DNA of 63,741 nucleotides, filler included, from Sluysia triapertura (taxonomy: Eukaryota), in the NCBI GenBank assembly GCA_046118255.1. It is 4 parts of 4 records of this genome, joined end to end, with 100 filler letters (N's around TTAATTAATTAA, not from the genome) between each part and the next. Parts side by side here need not be neighbours in the genome. Positions count along the whole stretch, not along the records: positions 12,101 to 34,428 come from JBJNIA010232898.1; 3 more parts are not named here. The stretch is one strand, 5' to 3'. A model generated the notes under the pieces. The model saw only the letters and a program-made list of their open reading frames with translations, made no database searches and was not told where the DNA came from. This document shows, in pieces, positions 13,906-26,815 of this stretch. Position numbers and translations under genes: made by a program. The number at the start of each line of letters is the position of its first letter. Position 1 is the first letter of the stretch.

Positions 13906-16664
13906 AAAATAACTTTTCTAATCAATGTGCACAATTAAAAAAATTAACACTCATAATATAATATTGTAATGTATAATTTATTTAGATTTTGATACTTCGT
14001 TTCACCAATTCAACCATAAAATGTAATAAATGAATTAGTTTATAAGCTGCTATTTAATTAAGAATAATCAAAAGAATGTTTTGTGATACAATATTAATAT
14101 TATTTTAACATCATATTATTTTATTTTATATTATTTGCAAATTATAATTACGATGACTACTACATTTATTATTTCTAGTAACATCACGAATTTTACATGT
14201 AGTAAACGACTACTATTGACTTTCTTATTAAACTGTCAAAGGACGTTTAGATCAAACTAGTGAATCTACGAAAAGATGAACAATGATTCACTTAAGCATG
14301 TTTTCAAATCCAATAAATACTTATCAACATCATAATATCTAATCGAAACTTCCGATTCTGCAAATCTAATAGAAATTTACCAGGACCAGTTATATTGCAG
14401 CAACTGACTTGACAATACCTAAGAATAAATTGGTAGCAGTCCTGATATTTTCTAGGCCTAACTAATAGATAATCCATGTAAAAGGAATATAGTGGTTGAA
14501 CCATTTGTCATAACGATATAACATCATCTGCATCACAGATACAAAGAATTCATCACAAACACATATAATGACGTATTCTACATATTCCATTACATAAAAT
14601 CGCAAAGTTTGCCATACTTGTTTTATCAAACATCAATTTTTAAAGAGTGAATTTATAAAATTCTCAAATAAATTTCTCATTACCAAACTTTAACTCCTAA
14701 AATAATAAAATTATAATATTTCAATTTTTATAAACAATCTACTTGCCGCTGTTGTTTTTATCTCCTTTTATCATCCTTACGTTATATTGTACAATCGTTT
14801 AAAACTCATTAAGACATAAATGATCGGTCATCAAATATACCGACAGGGCAAAATTATCAGAATATTCAAAAGAAATTATTATCCTGTATCAAAATATTTT
14901 TAAGCCAGTTGAAGATTTAAAGCAAAGATTTCAAAGCAGCATTAAAAAGATAATTGGTTTATGTAAAGAAAAAAAGATTTGTTTAAATGAATTAAAACAA
15001 ACTAAATAAGGTTTGACCTCAAACTATAAATAGAAAATTAGAAAGCTTTAAAATGATCAATATGAATGTTATTCTAATGGTCTCGAAATCAGAATCTCAA
15101 ACGTTGGTTGATGCTGGAAATAAACCTGATGTAGAGAAAACTGGATTTATTCGGGTTGTCATTATATTCATAAACCTCTTCATAATTTAATACTTTATGG
15201 TTTGAAAGCAATTAAACGTGTTCCTAAACCAAGTGAATATAGTAGAATAAAAGTTTTCAGAGAACCTTTATGGGCTGACGTCTCATACCAAATGTTATTC
15301 AAATCTTATTCAAACGGCATTCAAATTCATGGTAAAGCAATTTTATGTTATTCATAATGATATTGAGATAAGTTGCAAGAATGAAGTTCATGTTTTTACT
15401 TATAGTAACATTGTTTTTCTGCATATTTTTAATAACAGTGATGTTTATATTCATAATTAGCCTCATCATAAAATGATTACTATACTGGCATGGTCGAAAG
15501 TGTTGACTACCGCACGACTTTCGAGTAACTTGTATTCTGGATGCTTCACACAAGAATTACTCTATTAGTTATATTACATGAAAGTAGCATGTTCGTGGGC
15601 TTTTGGACCAGAAATAAAGTTATTTTGGTAAAGTTGACAACTTTTATTACTTTGTGATATAAATGTGACATGTGAACATTATTATAAACCCTCTGTTTAT
15701 TTAGTTTTTTTGTAGTGAAAATATAAGTCGTTGAAATTATTTCATTTTCCATATTTTCAAATTTAATGCCTTAAGCACAATAAAGGATTTAATAAAATTA
15801 TTAATAATCAATGTAAGAATCGATTAATAATTAAAATATTTAATAGTAATAATAATAACCAACAATAAGTATTAAAAGGAAACATTAATTGTTATTGCTT
15901 TTATGAATATACTCTTTCTAGAACTCAGGAAAGATCAACTTACACCTGTCATAAACCAGTCGTGTTAATATTATTAAGAAATTAACATTAAGAAATTTAA
16001 TATTGTAGAAATTAACAAATATAATTTTAAAATAAATCTTAAATAAAATAAAACTATTTATCTTAGAATCTCAATGGATTTAAAAGAAAACAATTTAGAA
16101 ATTCTGAAATCACAGTTCACGTCATTGTATTCATTCGCTATCCATGCTCCATTATATAAGTATTTGCGATTACTAAACAAGCTCATATATCAACATATCA
16201 GATCGCCTTTTAATACCGTTCAATAAAATTGTACTTACACGCACAAGACATAAAGTACGCCACACAATTAGATCTCGACATCGTCAGTCAAATTCGGCAA
16301 AAAATGAAAAACATCATGCACCTTCAACATTACAAAGATTAAGGAACAAGACAATCAGAAACTTTGCCGAAGAAACAATTCAAATTTTCAAAGAAAGTGA
16401 GAATCAAATAGATCAAAGAAAGAAAATAATTTTATTTCTTATCTTAATTTGTTTTATTTTATTATTATTATTATTGACTGATCTGTTCAGATGCATAGGT
16501 ATCTTAATTCGTTTGCATAAAGTGTACAATTTTTCAAAATAATTCAATAAATTATAATTTACAAAATCATTTTAATAACAATCGAATATACATCTCAAAT
16601 TTAGCTTATTGAAATTCTACCGCTTCATTGAGTAGTGCAGAGATCCTTTGGTTTCATCTAACCT

Positions 16665-17205
16665 ACAATGCAAATAAGCCTAGAGGAGTTCGACCTATCA
16701 AAAACGACTTAAGTCTAGACGACGGCGGCCTGATAGGATTTAAAGTGCAAAAAGAGAGTCAAGTAGAGGCTAAGATAAGGATAATTTTAGTTTGTTTAAA
16801 GTATTAAATTTTATCAATAAATTTAATGAATTTGAGTTAGCCTCTTTACGGTCTAACTAGTGAAATCAGATATTAAATTAGCCTGTTACGGTCTAATTGT
16901 TGAAAACAAAAATTGTTGATTTTATGATATTAAGCTAACCTTATTAAGGTCTAGCGTTGTACAAGATTTTAACAATTAAAAATCAAGTTTAATATATAAA
17001 GTTTTATTCACAAATCAAAAGATAATAATTAACACAAGAGTAACGTACACTAATAATAATGATAATTATTTTAGTCTAACTTAAATTCAAATGAATTTAG
17101 TTCAAAGATTTTAAAAATTCAATTTAACTTATCCTGTTACGGTATAAGTTCAAAAAATAAAATGTTAGATTAAGTATGAATTTACTCCTCCCTTCTTACG
17201 GTGAG
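16665..17205 (+). repeat. Interspersed repeat copy 1 with 44-nt structured core and iterated CCT-n-TTA(C/A)GGT motifs
   Basis: 16670-16740 aligns with the reverse complement of 58921-58996; related motifs start at about 16841, 16882, 16938, 17133 and 17192. Confidence 0.65.
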
Positions 17206-17999
17206 GAGATCAAAAACCTTATTAAAAAATAAACTTACCGATTTCATGGATTTTCAAAATTTTTGATTAACTTATGAATAATAAACTGCTATTGACAAAA
17301 TTGTGTCCAACCTACAAAATTTGTTTGCTTTTATACTCAATTTTGTCTTTAGTCGCCATATTATTCATACGTGTAATTTATTTAATTTATTTAAACAAAA
17401 AATCCAAATTAAACGAAATATTTTTATTTTGATTATTTAATTATATTTTTTATTTTATATTTTTTATAATTTTATATAATAAAATTTTCTATAATTTTTT
17501 ATAACATTAATAATTTTTTAAAATCAAAATCATAAATCACATGATAATAATTAGTTAGTTTTCCAATCACGCGATAATAATTAGTTAGTTTTTAGTTAAT
17601 TTTCACATTCTCACAAAAGGTATAAAAATATTGTTGAGAGTAATTTGGTTGGACGACCAATAACAGAGATCAAAAGTTGTAATATTGGTTTGCCAATCAA
17701 TGAGAGCAAAACACGTTGCGTTATAATTGATGAGTGTACCACTATCCGTGGTGTCAGTGATTAGAAATATATTTTAATGAAATAGTCTTTGATAGTGGTA
17801 GTTACTGGATAAAATTTTACAATTATTATTAAAAATAAAATTAATAAAAATTATTTATGGTGATAATGATAATAACAGCAAAATGCTATTATTATTATCA
17901 TCCCAAAACTTTGTATTTTGTATCTTGAACATGATCTTTCATGTAACTCTTATTTTTCTAAACATATTAGAGTTGTAGAAACAATTGAGTCTTAAAGAA

Positions 18000-18593
18000 T
18001 TATGGATTTGTGATGTTAAGGCTTTTTAATATACATCTTAAATGTTATTTTATAGTTTTACGTAAATTTTGGATAATTAAGCCTAATGTTCGAAATGAAA
18101 ATGTTGATAGGTCATAAGTTATTAATATGTTAAAAGAGTGTAAATTGGTGAATGTAAAGAAAATAAGTTGTAATGTGATAAGGTTGAAGATTTGAAATGT
18201 TTTGTGTTAGTTTTAGGATGTATTTTTGATGGTTTAAGGTGTAAGTTGTAATTCTGGTATTATAAAATTGTAGATTATAATGTTATGAATAAAATTTAAT
18301 GCGTTTTGGTGGTTTTGGATGTAGACGTGATTTTATGTCATAAATTGTAGCTTAAAATGTATTAAAATGAGAATAGTTCTAGTGGATCTGAAGAAATAAA
18401 ATATGGAAAATGTTTTGATAGAAAGATGGGTGAAATGCTATGGAATTTGCAATATGTTGAATTAATTTTAAGTGTTTCAATTTAATTTTTTAAGTGTATG
18501 CTTGATGATAATAGCAATTGAGAACATTCTGAAGAATGATTTTATTGTATATTGATGAAATAAAGTTACTGAAGTATTGGGTTGGCCACCACA
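18000..18593 (-). mobile_element. Interspersed repeat, TGTRGTGGCCAACC-terminus family
   Basis: Ends gggttggccaccaca at 18593; GT-rich body homologous to 6700-6960. Left boundary approximate. Confidence 0.6.
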
Positions 18594-19370
18594 ATGTATA
18601 ATGCTTTTAAATAAATTAATTATTTTGAAAAGTATTGATTTTTGTAATATTACTTTATACTTAATATATGAGTCGCGAAAAATATCGATAAAAATGAGTC
18701 AAGGATGAAAAACTGTAGATATATTGGATTTTAAATTTATTTATCTCCAGAATTATTAGTTTCATATAGAAAAACCCCAAACTTGCAACTTTCTTGGTAT
18801 AATACACATTTTCTGGTAAATCTATGTTATGTGAATGAAGAAATTTCAGGTAGAAATATTAAAGGTTTTATACACAGAATTTATTTAGTAGGACAAATTA
18901 TATTTATTGAAAATATAAGAAAACACTATTTTAATTATTAGAAAAAATTATAATTAAATTAAATAATTATCATAAATAATTACGTTAAATTTAAATTTCC
19001 TTTTACATAGAGTTTTGATATTAATTTTTCTATGAATTGTGCCTTTTTGAAATATTTTTCACTTATAATTTGTTTATACATCTTAATCATTATCTATAAA
19101 TATTTACCTGATATATCATTTTACGTGCATTTATTATTTAATAATTTTTGTATTAATTTTTACTTCTTGTCACTTTTAGACTAAAAATATCTGTGTCAAG
19201 AGAATAATATTCGAATTTATGAAAGTATCGGACAATTCTTTAAATAATAGGCAATTCACAATTTATTAATTAATAAAATATAAAATAATTTTTTAATATT
19301 TCATTTATTAATTGTATTTGAAATAAAACAATAATATAAAACTAAAAAAAATTAAATGCACAATTTATTA

Positions 19371-19551
19371 CTAACATAAATTTTGATTATTGTTAAATTT
19401 TGAAAGATACATCTGCAATTGTTTTTCATAGTCATAATGACAGTTTTCAGGAAGAATCTCTTTGAAATAATTCAGAATGAGACGTGTGACAGTCTCTGGA
19501 CATGGAACGTGAAGAACTTGAAATAGACATCTTAAGTGATTTAATCTAGCT
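19371..19551 (-). CDS. Putative terminal coding exon, unknown protein
   Basis: Higher-complexity island between AAT arrays; acceptor tactatttag then open frame ARLNHLRCLFQVLHVPCPETVTRLILNYF...NLC*. Upstream exons not identified. Confidence 0.35.
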
Positions 19552-20103
19552 CTAAATAGTAATACACAATAATAATATTTAAATAATAATAACATTAAAT
19601 TAATAATATAAATATTATAGTAATAATAATAAAATAAGTAAAATAATAATGATAATAATATTAAAATAATAATAAAAGAAAACAATAACAATAACAATAA
19701 CAACAATAATAATAATAATATGCATCAAAAGTAAATAAATAGTGCGTATATAATTAGCGAAAAGTTTTGACTCGTAACAAGTGTTTAAAAGTTTTTATTT
19801 TGAAACAAAATAATTATTTGTTATTAATTATTATCATTCATACCAATAATGTCCTATTTGGTCCATTTTCCTTGAATACACTTGATCATGTCATATCTCT
19901 ATCAAAAGGTCCGTTCAAAACAATTTCAATAGAGAATTCATCATTCAAACGTCACATAAAGTTAAGATTTTAATTAATCAATTTATTTTTAGAATTTATT
20001 TTGGGTTCTTATTGTTTTCATTTTCATTATTCTAGTTCTTTTTACTATTTAGTTTCAAAATTATTAAAAAAATTAATTTTTCTTTGTTATTATTTTACTT
20101 TAA

Positions 20104-20143
<40 letters not shown>

Positions 20144-21829
20144 TTACAAATATTTTAAAGATTTGAGATATTTTATAAAGTTGTCCAATGAACTTTAAAT
20201 GATTAAAAGTTTACAAAATGTTACATGTTCAAAGATTCTTTAAGACTTAACAGTTTAAAATATTCTTATAGTCTTTTAAGTCCCTTAAAATGTTTTAAAG
20301 ATTTTACTCGTTCTTATTAAATTGATTTTATATGTTTTCAATACCTTATGACTTCGGACCACTCTATAGTTACCTTTACCCCTTTTAAGTCTAACAGTAA
20401 AGCAATGCATCAAACAATTATATGAAATATGGGTACACTTGTCGAAGGTGTTTTATTAAATGATTTGTTTCTGGAGTTAGTCCTGAATATATAATACATG
20501 TAGTAGATAATTCTGAGAACAATTAATGTTGTTTTTTCATTTATTTGTAAGTTTTAATAAAAAATATTTCTGTAAAACTGTAGAGTAATTAAAAATTAAT
20601 AAGTTAACTACAATCGTTACTAAATATAACGCTGTTAATGCAAATAATAGTAACAATGATACAAATAATAATAATAATAAACAATAATATTAACTGTAAT
20701 TTAAAGCAATTTTTTTACGATTTAAAATTTTGTTACGCTTTTTTTATTTATATTATTTAAACTCATCGATAAAGTTCAGTTAGCAAATTTACTTAATACT
20801 TAAAAATATAAGAATGAAGTAAAAGATGATTTCGAAATTATATCCAAGATGCGTTTGATTTTCTAAAAACATACAAACATTGTGACTTTAAAACGTTTGT
20901 TATAAACAAGTTTAAATCTATTTATTTCAATAAAATTTAAATTTATTTAATTATTAGAAGAAAATAAAAGTAAATATCAATAAAAATATTAATTTAATTT
21001 AAAGTATTAATATTTTTTAAAATTATTACAAAAATATAAAAATTTAACAAAATAGATATGCTTTAATTAATATCCAATAGCTGCAACAAGAAATTAATCA
21101 ATGATTATTATACATCAGTTCAAAAAGAATTGATTTATTTTTGTTATATTTATGGATTTAGTAAGGTTTTCATTTATTTATATCAATAAATTTACTTTAT
21201 CAATTTAGTGAAACGTTAAAATTATTGAATTGTTCAAAATGAATTATTTAATGTAAATAATAATAATAATAATAATAAAATAGTAGTAAAATCAATAAAT
21301 ATCTGATTCGAAGTAGAAAATATCTTACAAATATTTACTGTATTATTTCTAGGACTTATTTTTTCTATAATTTTAAAATTTACACTAAATCTGAAAATGC
21401 TTTTTCGAAGAAATCTAGATTATTAGTTTTAGTAAAAAAAATTAGTGTGGATATTTATATTTATTTTTCTGAATTTATAGAATAAATAAAACAACTGGAA
21501 AATCACTTTTAGTTGTTCGATGAATATTAAAATAATGAAACATTTATTGTCATGGATAATTTCTAATCTCTTTGGCATTTTAATATTATTTTTTCATTAT
21601 TATTATTTTAATTATAAATATAATAATTTTTATTATTGTCAAGGATGAAGTTTGTAATTAATAATATTGCCAAATTTAACAGCTTATTATTTCACATGGG
21701 TTTACTATTTTACCGTTCTGTTTTTATTGTTGAAGTGTTACATATCTTGCATGTCTAAATACATCATTGTAAACTCGAACAACATTAAAAAAGGTTTGGT
21801 TGAAAATGGAATAGTCGGAAATTTACATT

Positions 21830-22090
21830 ATTATGAAGTATGAGGGTATCGCTGACCAAGCGAAACATTAATAGTCTTACTATGCAACAAATTTCATATA
21901 GATATCTTTGATTACACAAATAAGCCACACGGTCGCCCAAAATCAAGGGCCACTGTTACAGAGTGACTATGAATTATAGTTGAAGTTTGGTCTTAACAAA
22001 CAAATAATATTAACAACTCAATTTAGCTCAAATCGATAAAGTGAAACAGTTAGATGAATGGGTTCTACATGGGCTGAATGAAAAATCATG
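21830..22090 (+). mobile_element. mariner transposase remnant
   Basis: FDYTNKPHGRPK (about 21907-21942) and LAQIDKVKQLDEWVLHGLNE (about 22023-22082), matching the mariner GRP and WVPHEL motifs. Confidence 0.8.
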
Positions 22091-22274
22091 AAGTTAATAT
22101 TTCTTTTGAAATAACTAATAAATAAATTGAAATAAATTGGTAATCGATTGAAATAATGTCTAAATCTAGATATTGATAAAACATGTTCTATCAAAGAAAT
22201 TTAAACGTTTTTCTTTAACTTCATTTAATCATAAATAATTTGCTATCAAATTATGACTTTTAATATTTATTATT

Positions 22275-22734
22275 TGTGGTGGCCAACCTTTTATTCAAAA
22301 TTTAAATCAATTCTACACATGAAAAATTACAATTCATAACATTCCACATTTTACTTTTTCAGATTCACTAAAATTTTAGATACTTTAAAACATTTTAAAT
22401 TTACAATTTCATAACATTAAAATTATATTTACATCTAAAACAATTAAAGATACATTTCAAAATTAGTTTAAAACATTTAAAGTTCACAATTTCTCAACAT
22501 TCAGTCACTGACATTATTAGAAAAACATTAAATTCATAATTCGATATTTTTTCAAAACATCATTATAATCAAAATGAAATTTCTTTAACATCTTTAACTA
22601 CGTTGTTATTATACTTTTTTTTACTTCTACATAATGTTTTCCATAGATACTATTATTTAAAGATATGTAAAGGAAAAGAAGATATATGTAAAGAATGAAA
22701 TTTATGTATCATTTATAATTATTAATTTTATTTC

Positions 22735-22772
<38 letters not shown>

Positions 22773-22990
22773 CAGTATTTTATTTTATTTATTGCAAATT
22801 TTCTTCTTCTTATTATTTATGTACTTTATTTTCAGTCATTTTTTATCATTATTATTATTTTAATCATTATCATTAATTTTAACATTAATTTTCATTATTA
22901 TCATTTTCCATTATATAATCTGTCATCAGTCGGCAGTCTAATTAAAATTAAATCAGACTATCTTGTTAACTATCGACTAATGACAGTTGC
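22275..22990 (+). mobile_element. Interspersed repeat, TGTRGTGGCCAACC-terminus family
   Basis: Starts tgtggtggccaacc at 22275; CA-rich body is the reverse complement of the copy ending at 7088; ends near hairpin ctgtcatcagtcg...cgactaatgacag. Confidence 0.6.
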
Positions 22991-23424
22991 TTAGTACACA
23001 ATATAATCACTGACGGCCTCTTGTGCGAAAATTTATTGAGGGTATTGTGGTGGTCCAGTCCACACCTACCTACACATCACACAAATCAAACCAACCAAAT
23101 ATACAAAAAAATACATTACAAGTTTTGTCCAAATCATTTACAACATCACATCACTCATCCTTACCAAACTACACATGTCTAATAAAACTTATTTTATTAA
23201 ACACAACACTCGTCATCTTGTCATCATTATGACGCAATATCCTCTTGTTTGTATCTCGCAATTTTTATTTTTTATTCTACATTTTACATCTCTGCAGTTT
23301 TATAATTGTATAATTCTATAATGTTTTTATTATTATTTTTACATTTTTATTATCGCTTTCCTACTAACGCAGATATCATTAAAACACCCTTTGTAGTCTA
23401 TGGTTTAAGCATTATATTGATAAT

Positions 23425-24136
23425 GTGAAAAAGGAATTATATCAAAAAATATCATCTTCTGAAAAAGATAATTTTATACCAACTTTAACAAATAATCATT
23501 TTCAACTAAATCAGTACCAAATCCCTCAATTAATTAATAATTTATCGATATCATTATTTTATCATCCATTTTCCACACATCCTATTTGTTATTGTCCTAC
23601 TTCATCGATTTCCGTCACTGAAAATGGTGTTTCAGATAATTTTCAGTATTCATCCAATTTCAGAGATAATTACATACCTGAGTCACAAATCTATCTTGAT
23701 AATAATCAGTACTGTAAAATTCAACCAAGATTACTATTAAAAATGGACTGTTCATTAGCAGAAAATGAACCAAGTGTTATTAGTAACAATAAAAATTTCA
23801 TTACCAAAGAAATACCCATTACTATTTTAGTATTTCCAAATCATTTATTAATTACACAAATGGAACCTGATGGATTTTTTTACAGCTATTCGACCTACTG
23901 TTAAAATAAATTCAATTGAACATATTACTACAAATTACTACTACCAATCTTACATCCCAGTCAGAATAACATTAGGTGAAAAGAATATCACGAGCGATTA
24001 TTACAAGATTGGCATCTGCCTCTTTACCTCGCTACCTGATGGAAAATGCTCCAAGTTCGGTGCAAACTGAAATTACGCACATGATATCTTTGAATTGCAG
24101 CAAGATTCAGATCAAGAGCAGATTTTCTCCGTGTGA
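23425..24136 (+). pseudogene. Frameshifted ORF pair ending in an Unkempt-type CCCH zinc finger
   Basis: Overlapping ORFs 23425-23904 and 23870-24070; the second reads YYKIGICLFTSLPDGKCSKFGAN*NYAHDIFELQ, resembling Unkempt YYKTGIC...GxCxKxGxxCxxAH. Confidence 0.5.
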
Positions 24137-25439
24137 TCAGTCCAATTTATAGTTTGAACATGAAACACTGGTTTCAAATCATTACAACAATCATCAATCA
24201 AGAAAGGTCGCCTACAGACAAATTTAGTTTTAAAGTAATTTTTGTTTGATATAATATTTTACAAAAGTTTCGAATATATTTATGTCTTTTAGAACAGAAT
24301 TTCAAAAGGAGCAAATGGAATATAACATTCACAAACGTAATCGATCATGATAGTAATATGAAATTTTCAATAAAGCTTTTATTAATTAATTCAATCAATT
24401 TAGTATTTAATAAATGTATTATTCTTTATTTCTATTTTGTAGTTTGTGATATTTTCAATAAAAGAATTTTAATAATGTTTTTCTTAATGTAAAACTCTTT
24501 GCTAAAGACAATCTTTTTAATTTTATTAATAATTTTTGTAATTCTAAATTCTTTATTAATAAGAATATGCAATAGAATATAAAATTTAAACCTAGATCAA
24601 TATTATATCACATACATTATTATCGGTAATGTTTATTTTGAATTGCTCCAGCATATACGCATGATTACCTTCATTATTTCAATAATATTTTCCAATAAGC
24701 TTTACAAATACAAATATATACATATATTAATAAAATTATTTTTTAAATTGACATAAAACCACAACCATTCAGCTTATTATCAAAATTATTTAATTTAATT
24801 GAGTGTTTTAAATTTTCAGTAAAAAAATATGGCTTTTTAAGACATTATTAGAGAAAAGGTCATTGCTATAGAAGATTTAATGATGGATGTTTTGTGTCAA
24901 ACTATCACAGGTATAAATGTCCATTGTTTGTTAAACTTTAAAACTGACCCGAACTCGAAGTGGCACCTCCTCACTGTACAGTTCCATCAGAATAAGGTTT
25001 CAGCTTATGTTTGGGGATATCATCTACGAGATAAATAAACACAACATGATTAATAATGTCTTGAAATTAGTTCAAAGATAACTCGACAAAATGTCAGAAG
25101 TCGTAATCTAAATAGTTATCAACTTGAAAATGTTGATTAAGTGTAACTTATTTAAAACTTTTGTTACATTGAATAATTTGTCATTATACACTTATTAAAA
25201 CTCATTGTTGAGTGCCGAGTTCTAGGCAGTTCAGATAATAAATTCTTTGATATCGTGAACTTTGGTGAGGGCATAAAATATTTAATTTAGTGAAAATCTT
25301 AAAATTTCAAAATTTTCTAAAATTTTAATTTTGACTTTAATTTTATTTTTACAATAAGTTCAATTAAGAAAAATATTAAAAACTTTACTTTTATAACAAT
25401 TAGAAATTCTACAACAATTAAATCAAATAGCCAAAATAG

Positions 25440-25484
25440 TGTCAAGAGTGGGATCTGAACCCACGTCCTCAAAGAGAACCAGAA
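25440..25484 (-). pseudogene. 3' half of a tRNA-Leu-like gene
   Basis: Minus strand TTCTGGTTCTCTTTGAGGACGTGGGTTCAGATCCCACTCTTGACA gives a 3' anticodon stem, long variable arm, T-arm GTGGG/CCCAC and acceptor 3' strand of tRNA-Leu type; 5' half not seen. Confidence 0.7.
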
Positions 25485-25499
25485 TGCATTCTTCAGGTA

Positions 25500-26700
25500 C
25501 TCGTTCAAATGATGTCAAATGATGCATGCTTTGTTTGGGTTTCTTAGATCCAATGTATTTTATTATCACTTTAAAATTCATATCCAGCAACGGCTATGTC
25601 CAGTGAAATGTGAAATAATTCACTGAGAGAAATATGTGTAAATGTAGATATTAATCTATCCAGAGACAATTGATCATGTCTGAAATGGTTCTCTTTAGTA
25701 GTTTTGCATTTTCTTTTGTTTTTGATATTGCTCTAAGTCTAATACTTTCGATTCCGAATTAGTATTATCTGAATTCAGAGATGACTTTCTTCTACGTAAA
25801 TGGCTTTATAAATACCTGATTAAATAGAATTTGAATTCTGCTCACTGTCACCGCTAACCTCATTTTTAGATACTTCCTTGTTATCAACTTTATCAAGATT
25901 GTTATCTCTAGCAAAAACAGGCGAAGGAGATATTCTACTACTTATTGAATAACTCATACTGGTGTTTTTCAAATTGGAACTTTTGTCTGTATTTAACTCA
26001 TTTTCAAATTTAATGTTTCGTGAATTGTGAAATACATCGTATTATCATAGTTTGGACTAAATCTCTTTGAGACAACTCTGAAGATTCTCCTGAATCAATC
26101 GAATTTGTAAGCATTGGTCAGAAATTCAGCGACAGTGTCAAAGTGATATCATATCCAAATTAAGTAAAGAATTTGCATCAGGAACATCTCGAGAATCCAG
26201 TGTATAAGGACTTCCTTGAATATAATCTTTATTTAACTTTATTATAAACTATATTGACCTTAATTTCACAATGCATACTTTTATATCTTTCACTTGTCAT
26301 AAGAGTATCTGCATGCCCTTCGATAGACAAATGTAAGTCAGACACAGGATTCCTAATTTGAGTCACATCTAAATGAATTGAATATTGGTGACTGCATATG
26401 AAATGAAATGAATCTCCACTGTCACATTCGGCAATATTCAAAAAATTTGAAATAGTAAACATTCTTCTTGATTCTGATTTTGATTGATAAATCGTGACAT
26501 ATTACATGACATATCACGTATATATAATTAATTCTTCTTGTTTCATACTCAAACTTTGTTTTAATAAATTAAAATCAAAAATATTTTTATTAGTTTGTGT
26601 AATTAAAGGGCATTGTTTAATCTGCAAAAACTCTAAGATCATTAATATCCTTTTCATAACCACTAAAACATGATCGGTTTGACTCTGTGACATTTGTAGA
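25500..26700 (-). pseudogene. Decayed coding-like region, unidentified (probably mobile-element derived)
   Basis: Raised sequence complexity and several broken minus-strand ORF pieces (e.g. 26229-26462); no recognisable motif. Confidence 0.3.
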
Positions 26701-26815
26701 AATTGTAAGTATTTGTGAATGTTGTTGAAGAAACAGAAGAAACAGTAATAATAACAGAAATGAGATAAAATAACATTGATAAAATGTAAAAATAGAGATA
26801 AAATGTAATAATAAT

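Noticed and set aside
16836-17205. CRISPR-like array
   Set aside because: Motifs are short, degenerate and irregularly spaced, the context is eukaryotic, and no cas genes are present.
24820-25130. Tc1-like N-terminal remnant
   Set aside because: Only a vague RSG-like resemblance; no catalytic motif or TIR found.
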